A DNA stretch of 64,000 bases from Schleiferiaceae bacterium (GTDB lineage: Bacteria; Bacteroidota; Bacteroidia; Flavobacteriales; Schleiferiaceae): positions 63,464-127,463 of the forward strand of contig JAYQOY010000001.1 in the NCBI GenBank assembly GCA_038145075.1, in the 5' to 3' direction. A program made the translations under genes and the position numbers. Positions 58,369 through 64,000 of this stretch are shown in pieces (the first letter of the stretch is position 1; the number at the start of each line of letters is the position of its first letter). The notes below the pieces were generated by a model that ran no database searches, was not told the DNA's origin, and was given only the letters and a program-made list of their open reading frames with translations.

Positions 58369-59379
58369 ATGGAACTGTACTTGGATTCGGCGGACCTCAA
58401 CGAGATCAGCACCGCATTTGAACTAGGCTTTTTAGCCGGTTTGACCACCACTCCCACCTTTATGCAACGCGAGGGCGTGGCGGATTTGGACGCTATGCTT
58501 TTGAAATTGGCCGATATGGTACCTGTGCTCCAAATTGAGGCCTTGGGCCGAACGGCGGAAGAAATCGTCGCGGAGGCCAAGCGTCAAGAGAAGCTTGGAT
58601 TGGACCGCAGCAAGACGGTGTACAAAATCCCCATCTCTTTGGAAGGAGCGCGCGCCTGCAAAATGCTGCGCAGCGAAGGCTTTTTGGTCAATCTGCACTT
58701 GGTGTATACGCTCCAGCAAGCCTACATGGCTATGGCCGCGGGTGCCACGTATGTCTGCCCTTTAGTGGGTCGCTTGCAAGACCAAGGAACCGACGCCCTG
58801 CAATTGGTGGCGTCCATCGTGGATATGAAGTTGCAGCATGGCTACGACACCAAGATTATGTTTTCGTCGGTGCGCCATTTGGAGCACGTTCGGAACGCTA
58901 TTGAACTGGGCGTAGACACCATTACCGTGCCCTGGAAGGTCATGAAGCAAATGACCAACAACCACTTGACCGAATTGGGTTCGGAGCAGTTTTTTGTAGA
59001 CAACCGCCGCGTAACGACCAAAGTGGCACAGGCGATGCGTGCGGCGGACGTGCATGTCGCCCCAAGCGCAACGATTCAGGAAGCGCTCGTGAAGATGACC
59101 AAGTCCGGCTATGGGGCGGTGGTGATCACCGACCAAGGTCAGCTCCAAGGCATCTTCACCGATGGAGATGTGCGCCGCTGGCTAGAAACGCAGAGCGAAC
59201 CCAACTTACAAACGCCCATCTCGGCCGCTGCTGGCAGCTCCATGCCGAGTACCATTGATGCCGATGCCCTCCTGAATGAAGCGGCGCAGGCCTTCTCCGC
59301 TCAGAAAGTGGATCAGCTCGTCGTCCTGCAGAACGGTCAGGTATTGGGCCTTTTGGACATTCAAGACCTCGTGGGATGA
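58369..59379 (+). CDS. transaldolase/Fsa-family aldolase domain fused to a KdsD-type CBS pair
   Basis: The N-terminal approximately 215 aa align by eye with E. coli FsaA: MELYLDSADL, GLTTTPTF, the Schiff-base Lys in TVYKIPIS, and GATYVCPLVGRLQDQG. The C-terminal approximately 120 aa form a CBS pair with GIFTDGDVRRW, as in KdsD/KpsF. I prefer ATG 58369. Confidence 0.75.
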   Translation: MELYLDSADLNEISTAFELGFLAGLTTTPTFMQREGVADLDAMLLKLADMVPVLQIEALGRTAEEIVAEAKRQEKLGLDRSKTVYKIPISLEGARACKMLRSEGFLVNLHLVYTLQQAYMAMAAGATYVCPLVGRLQDQGTDALQLVASIVDMKLQHGYDTKIMFSSVRHLEHVRNAIELGVDTITVPWKVMKQMTNNHLTELGSEQFFVDNRRVTTKVAQAMRAADVHVAPSATIQEALVKMTKSGYGAVVITDQGQLQGIFTDGDVRRWLETQSEPNLQTPISAAAGSSMPSTIDADALLNEAAQAFSAQKVDQLVVLQNGQVLGLLDIQDLVG

Positions 59380-59969
59380 ACGCACTGATTTTAGATTGGG
59401 ACGGGGTTTTCCACGACGGCCGAAAGGGTTCCGACGGTGGAAGCAGCTTTTCCGAACTAGACAGTATGGGCCTCAACCTCTTGCGCTTTGGCCACTACCT
59501 CCAAACGGGCCAAATCCTGCCCGTCGCCATTGTCACGGGTGAGCGAAACGAAACCGCTGAGGCGTTCGCTCGCCGAGAACACCTGCATGTATTTGGGTTC
59601 TATGCCAAAGAAAAAACACGGGCCATCGAACCCTTAGAAGCCGCCTGGGGTAGCCAAGCTGCGACCTGGGGCTTTGTGTTTGACGACATCCTAGATTTTG
59701 GCCTCGCAGCACGCGTGGGCCTGCGCGCCATGGTCTACCGAGAAGCCTGTGAAGAGACCTACCACTATGCCGTCAACCAGGGCTGGGTGGACATCACCTT
59801 GCAGGCGGATCACGCGGTTCGGCGCTTTGCAGAGCAGCAGTTGGTCGAGTCCGGACTTTGGGAACGGGTTCTGGAAGGCCGTATGACCATGAGTTCCGAC
59901 TACCAGGCCTACTGGGCGGCTCGTCAGGCTCTGCCCTTGGAGGTCATCGACTTCTCCCCCAAACTCTAA
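59376..59969 (+). CDS. HAD-IIIA phosphatase, KdsC-like
   Basis: 197 aa with HAD motif I (ALILDWDGVFHDG), VAIVTGER and VFDDILDFGLAARVG. These align by eye with E. coli KdsC. The start overlaps the upstream stop (ATGA). Confidence 0.65.
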   Translation: MNALILDWDGVFHDGRKGSDGGSSFSELDSMGLNLLRFGHYLQTGQILPVAIVTGERNETAEAFARREHLHVFGFYAKEKTRAIEPLEAAWGSQAATWGFVFDDILDFGLAARVGLRAMVYREACEETYHYAVNQGWVDITLQADHAVRRFAEQQLVESGLWERVLEGRMTMSSDYQAYWAARQALPLEVIDFSPKL

Positions 59970-60005
59970 CAGCAGCCGGGGTTTCCCAACAACGGGGGCG
60001 TCGGG

Positions 60006-61541
60006 TTATTTGGCGATGCTTGTGGCGCGCGTTTCACGAATCACCGTCACACGCACTTGACCTGGGTAGGTCATCTCGTTTTGGATCTTCTGTGAAATAT
60101 CGAAGGCAATGGTGCTGGCCTCCGTATCGCTGACGCGCTCACTTTCTACCATGACGCGCAGTTCGCGACCCGCATGGATGGCGAAGGCCTTGTTGACCCC
60201 GTTGAAGCCCATGGCCATTTGCTCGAGGTCTTTGAGGCGCTGCATGTAGCTTTCGGCCAATTGGCGGCGTGCCCCAGGACGAGCACCCGAAATAGCATCA
60301 CATACCTGAATGATGGGCGACAGAAGCGACGTCATCTCAATTTCGTCGTGGTGCGCACCAATAGCATTGCAGATGTCGGGCTTCTCGCCGTACTTCTCGG
60401 CCCACTGCATGCCGAGCAAAGCGTGCGGCAAATCGGTCTCCTCAAAAGGCACTTTGCCGATGTCGTGCAACAGACCGGCGCGCTTGGCGGCTTTGGGGTT
60501 CAGCCCAAGCTCGGAGGCCATGACCGCGCTCAGCTTGGCCACTTCTTTGGAGTGCGACAAGAGGTTTTGGCCGTAAGACGAGCGGTACTTCATTCGGCCC
60601 ACCATGCGCATCAGCTCAGGATGCAAACCGTGGATGCCCAGCTCAATCGCCGTGCGCTTGCCCAATTCCGCTACTTCGTCCTCAATGCTCTTAGTCACCT
60701 TGTCGACCACCTCTTCAATGCGCGCAGGGTGAATACGTCCGTCCGTCACCAAACGGTGAAGCGACAAGCGCGCAATTTCACGGCGAACGGGGTCAAAGCA
60801 GCTCAAGATGATGGCTTCAGGAGTGTCGTCTACGATGATTTCCACACCTGTTGCGGCTTCGAGGGCGCGAATGTTACGCCCCTCCCGTCCAATGATGCGG
60901 CCCTTCATTTCGTCGTTTTCAATGTGGAAAACGGATACGGCGTTCTCATTCGCTTGTTCAGTCGCAATGCGCTGAATGGTCTGAATAACGATCTTCTTTG
61001 CCTCTTGGTTGGCGGTCATCTTCGCCTCTTCTAAGGCGGTCTGAATGAAACTTGAGGCTTCGTGCTTGGCTTGGGCCTTGACCGCTTCAATCATCTGCTC
61101 TTTGGCTTGGTCCGCCGTTATGCCAGCCAGACTTTCCAATTTGCGTAACTGCTCTTGCAAAGCCTTGTCCAGCTGGCCTTCTTTGGCCTGGACGCTCTCT
61201 AACTTGCGCGTGAAGCTCTCTTCCAGCTTATTGATTTCTTTCTCGCGGCGGCGGGTTTCTTCCACATTTTTGGAATGGTCGCGCTGGGCCTCCTTGAGTT
61301 GTGCATGCTGGTCCCGAATCTTAGCCTCCCGCTCTTGTGAGCGTTGTTCGTGCTTTTCTTTCAGTTCCAAATAGCGCTCCTTGGATTGGAGCATCTTTTC
61401 TTTCTTGAGGGCTTCCCCCTCCTTTTCAGCTTCCCGAAGGATAGCTTCCGACTTTGCCTTCAGCGCAGTCTTTTGCAAGGCAACGGCGCCCACAGCACCT
61501 CCTGCTAGACCGGCCAAAACGGCTAAAATGGTCTCTATCAT
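60006..61541 (-). CDS. rny: ribonuclease Y
   Basis: It has an N-terminal TM ([22 protein letters not shown]), a coiled coil and a KH domain ([15 protein letters not shown]). The HD domain includes [10 protein letters not shown] and LLHDIGK. I prefer ATG 61541 over the TTG at 61562. Confidence 0.92.
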   Translation of the reverse strand: MIETILAVLAGLAGGAVGAVALQKTALKAKSEAILREAEKEGEALKKEKMLQSKERYLELKEKHEQRSQEREAKIRDQHAQLKEAQRDHSKNVEETRRREKEINKLEESFTRKLESVQAKEGQLDKALQEQLRKLESLAGITADQAKEQMIEAVKAQAKHEASSFIQTALEEAKMTANQEAKKIVIQTIQRIATEQANENAVSVFHIENDEMKGRIIGREGRNIRALEAATGVEIIVDDTPEAIILSCFDPVRREIARLSLHRLVTDGRIHPARIEEVVDKVTKSIEDEVAELGKRTAIELGIHGLHPELMRMVGRMKYRSSYGQNLLSHSKEVAKLSAVMASELGLNPKAAKRAGLLHDIGKVPFEETDLPHALLGMQWAEKYGEKPDICNAIGAHHDEIEMTSLLSPIIQVCDAISGARPGARRQLAESYMQRLKDLEQMAMGFNGVNKAFAIHAGRELRVMVESERVSDTEASTIAFDISQKIQNEMTYPGQVRVTVIRETRATSIAK

Positions 61542-61605
61542 GGTTTCAATCTCAACGTCCAAACTCCCCCAGACGTTCTGAGAGAGGCGGGCGGCGAAAT
61601 CTCCT

Positions 61606-61899
61606 TTAGTGGCTTAAAACCGCATCCAGCTGGGCTTGGACGCTCTCAAGGCGTCCGAGAATGGCTTCCTGTTCCTTGCTGTCTCCTCCTTTTAGCCCCA
61701 ACAATTGGTTGGCAAGCTGAAGGGCGCACATGGCCAGCGCATCTTGCTTATCTCCTACTGCATAGCGCTCTTCAAAGCGCTGCATGGCAGAGTGTATCAT
61801 GGACACCGCCTTCCGGACCTGTTCTTCTTCCTGACGTTCAATGGTCAGTGGATAATTCCTTCCGGCGATGGACACTTTTATTTTGAGCGAGTCATTCAT
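61606..61899 (-). CDS. zapA: cell division protein ZapA
   Basis: 97 aa. [25 protein letters not shown] and a C-terminal coiled coil fit the family. Its position immediately upstream of rny is conserved synteny. Confidence 0.7.
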   Translation of the reverse strand: MNDSLKIKVSIAGRNYPLTIERQEEEQVRKAVSMIHSAMQRFEERYAVGDKQDALAMCALQLANQLLGLKGGDSKEQEAILGRLESVQAQLDAVLSH

Positions 61900-61911
61900 T
61901 TCCAGCTGGGC

Positions 61912-62235
61912 TTAGGCGTTCAGTTGTGCCACGCACTTGTTGATTTCCCGTACCCATTCGTTTAACTGAAGCTTCAGCGCCCGGCGTTCTTCCTGGCTGC
62001 CGTTAAAAGCCATCAATAAACGAAGTTGCTCAATTTCACTGCGCAGGTCCGCCACTTTTTTGCGCTCATGCGCCAATTCTTGGTTTAGCGAAGCCATGGT
62101 TTCGGCTTGTGATTCCAGCTCGCCGATGGCCAAGCGGTAGCGCTCAATCAAGGAATGTACTTGATCTTGAATGCGTTGTACCTGATCTAGGGCGTTGGAC
62201 ATGCGAAGGGATTTTGAACCATCAAACTTAGCCAT
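61912..62235 (-). CDS. small coiled-coil protein (function unknown)
   Basis: About 107 aa, heptad-rich (IERYRLAIGELESQAETMASLNQELAHERKKVADLRSEIEQLRLL). It lies upstream of zapA. The start is ambiguous (62235 or 62202). Confidence 0.5.
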   Translation of the reverse strand: MAKFDGSKSLRMSNALDQVQRIQDQVHSLIERYRLAIGELESQAETMASLNQELAHERKKVADLRSEIEQLRLLMAFNGSQEERRALKLQLNEWVREINKCVAQLNA

Positions 62236-62268
62236 TCCCAAGCGCAATTCCTATCTTCCGTTGCAGCT

Positions 62269-63867
62269 ATGCGACGCAATTTTATCGCCCTTTTTAGTCT
62301 TGTGAGCCTCGCGGCTTTTGCCCAATCCCCTATTGCTGTCCAACCCATTGGAGGTGAGGTAGATTTTGCAGGAACCTTTGGCGAATTGCGGTCCCATCAC
62401 TTCCATTCCGGCGTAGATGTGCGCACAGGTGGCCAAACGGGCTGGCCTGTGCGAGCCGTGCAGGATGGGTATTTGAGTCGCATCGTCGTCCGACCGGACG
62501 GGTTTGGATGGGCGCTCTACCTCCGGCACCCCAATGGCTACACCTCGGTGTATGCGCACTTGGAGGACTTCAAGCCCGAGTGGCACGACCTGGTAGTACA
62601 GCGAGCCACCGCGGGTAAAACCAACCGCTTGGACCTCTACTTTCCCGCAGATGCCTACCCCGTCCGAGCGGGAGACACCATAGCCTGGTCGGGGAATTCG
62701 GGCGGTTCGGCTGGACCGCATCTTCATTTTGAATGGCGCGACACGCGTACGGAAGAGCCGCTCAACCCCTTCGCGTATGGAATGCTCTACGGAAGCGACA
62801 GCTATTCTCCGCGCATCCTCGCTTTGCACACCGCGGACGGCCAGAAAGCCCCTGTGGCTTCCGGCACGTGGAGCCAAGTGCTACGTGTTCATAGCTGGCA
62901 GGAACTCTCCGCCGAAATCAAAGATAAAAAGCATCCGCAAGGTTTAAATCTGGGCATTCAAGCCCTTGAAATTCAATGGATTTGGGGCGACAAACAAACG
63001 GCTCATGGATTTGAAATGGACCGCTTTTCCTTTGCCGAAACGCGGTGCGCGGATGGGCTCATGCAACCGCACGTGCATCGACGCACCGGACTGCGAACCT
63101 ACCGGTTAGCCCCAAGCTTGGGATCCGCGCCTTCGTGGTCATCGCCCGATCTCGATGTCACGCAACCGGGTCGCTACACCCTCACGCTAACGGCACGCGC
63201 TGCCAATGGCGAAATCACGCAAGCAAGTGGCCCCGTCGAGCTTTTATCTGGGTCGGGCTATCCCTGGGCGGACCCTCTTCTCCCTGGAAAAGTGGATGTT
63301 CAATCCGGCTCCCTACAGGCGGAAGATCTGCGCATGGTCTGGAGTCGGAACAGTTTCACAGACCCCATTGTACCCAGTCTGAGCAAAGTGGGCGACCGAA
63401 AATGGCAAGCCAGCCCGGACGTACCGGTCCTACGCTCCTTGGTCTATTTCTGGACGCCGCCTGCGGACTATCCGGAAGCGTGGCGGAGCAAAACGGTCCT
63501 GATTGGCCGCGATCCACGAGGATCCTACCGCATCGTGGGCGAGCCTCAATCCGACGGAAGTTTGCGCTTCATCATCCGGATATTTGGAACGTTAAGTATC
63601 GCTCAAGACGCAGAGGCTCCAGTCTTTTCAGGTCTGAAATCGGGTAGTTTTCAAGGCAAGCCCGCCTGGTATATTAGTCTTAAAGACAACCTCCTCGATG
63701 TAGTAGACTACGATGCCTATGTGGATGGAGCTTGGACCTGGGCATACTACGATGCCAAGAACCGGCGTTTGTACATCCCCAAGCAGGGACATTCGGGAGG
63801 ACTCTTGCGCCTGAGCGCTGAAGATGAGGCCGGAAACCGAAGTACCTTTGAGGCTACACTTCCATGA
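62269..63867 (+). CDS. M23 family metallopeptidase, secreted
   Basis: 532 aa with a signal peptide. The zinc motifs are HHFHSGVDV and GNSGGSAGPHLHFEW. Confidence 0.85.
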   Translation: MRRNFIALFSLVSLAAFAQSPIAVQPIGGEVDFAGTFGELRSHHFHSGVDVRTGGQTGWPVRAVQDGYLSRIVVRPDGFGWALYLRHPNGYTSVYAHLEDFKPEWHDLVVQRATAGKTNRLDLYFPADAYPVRAGDTIAWSGNSGGSAGPHLHFEWRDTRTEEPLNPFAYGMLYGSDSYSPRILALHTADGQKAPVASGTWSQVLRVHSWQELSAEIKDKKHPQGLNLGIQALEIQWIWGDKQTAHGFEMDRFSFAETRCADGLMQPHVHRRTGLRTYRLAPSLGSAPSWSSPDLDVTQPGRYTLTLTARAANGEITQASGPVELLSGSGYPWADPLLPGKVDVQSGSLQAEDLRMVWSRNSFTDPIVPSLSKVGDRKWQASPDVPVLRSLVYFWTPPADYPEAWRSKTVLIGRDPRGSYRIVGEPQSDGSLRFIIRIFGTLSIAQDAEAPVFSGLKSGSFQGKPAWYISLKDNLLDVVDYDAYVDGAWTWAYYDAKNRRLYIPKQGHSGGLLRLSAEDEAGNRSTFEATLP

Positions 63868-64000
63868 TGCAGCGTGTTTATACCTTCTTTTTAGGGGCAC
63901 TTTTGAGCCTCGCCGCCTACGGACAGCAAGCCGTCCAGGTGAGCGGGGTGATTTTGGCGCAGGATTCGGCCCGTCAAACCATTCCGAACGCCAAAATCCA
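63864..64000 (+). CDS. partial CDS (5' end only): secreted CarboxypepD_reg-like protein
   Basis: The frame is open from ATG 63864 (ATGA overlap with the M23 stop) to the window end. It reads MMQRVYTFFLGALLSLAAYGQQAVQVSGVILAQDSARQTIPNAKI, which is a signal peptide plus the start of a VSGxVxD-type beta-sandwich. It is absent from the ORF track only because it is truncated. Confidence 0.45.
   Translation, partial: MMQRVYTFFLGALLSLAAYGQQAVQVSGVILAQDSARQTIPNAKI

Noticed and set aside
1-64000. I searched the whole window for tRNA, rRNA, tmRNA, CRISPR arrays, transposases, integrases, phage genes or toxin-antitoxin/defence modules.
   Set aside because: Every gap between supported CDSs is under about 125 bp, and none shows cloverleaf-like or repeat-spacer structure. 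No translated ORF shows DDE, tyrosine or serine recombinase, Cas, restriction or abortive-infection motifs. The only nuclease-like proteins are a PIN-PhoH fusion and a secreted S1/P1 nuclease, both ordinary chromosomal genes.

Overview
This window reads as a compact chromosomal core region of a relatively GC-rich member of the Bacteroidota. The phylum call rests on four things: a T9SS type-B (gliding-motility) C-terminal sorting domain protein, nusB-DUF1573-yajC synteny, bshC, and recurrent TAnnTTTG -7 promoter boxes. I support about 60 protein-coding genes, nearly all housekeeping: argS, hisS, ftsK, tsaD, rimK, rsmE, hutH, ettA, guaB, guaA, rpsP, rimM, pckA, nusB, yajC, rny, zapA, accC, bshC and pepD. 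There is also envelope biogenesis (LolA-like, LptF/G, TamB-like, glycosyltransferases). I found no tRNA, rRNA, CRISPR array, transposase, integrase or recognisable defence system. Intergenic gaps are mostly under 120 bp, and many genes overlap by 1-4 nt (ATGA or TAATG).

I do not see a clear-cut novel mobile or defence system. The observations most worth a second look are:
1. Two perfect out-of-frame tandem duplications, of 70 bp and 35 bp. The first splits guaA exactly at its domain junction. The second cuts the Rossmann N-terminus off a saccharopine-dehydrogenase-like gene.
2. A transaldolase/Fsa-like aldolase domain fused to a KdsD-type CBS pair and translationally coupled to a KdsC-like HAD phosphatase.
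3. A five-gene light/UV operon linked by ATGA overlaps: an atypical SDR, a flavin-reductase-like protein, DUF2256, an Fe-S (6-4)-type photolyase and a DASH-like cryptochrome. It is divergent from an orphan hutH.
4. A RibB protein whose GTP cyclohydrolase II-like domain appears degenerate.
5. Palindromic back-to-back -7 promoter boxes, some sitting 6 nt from start codons.

All family assignments come from reading the supplied translations and recalling motifs. No database search was run.
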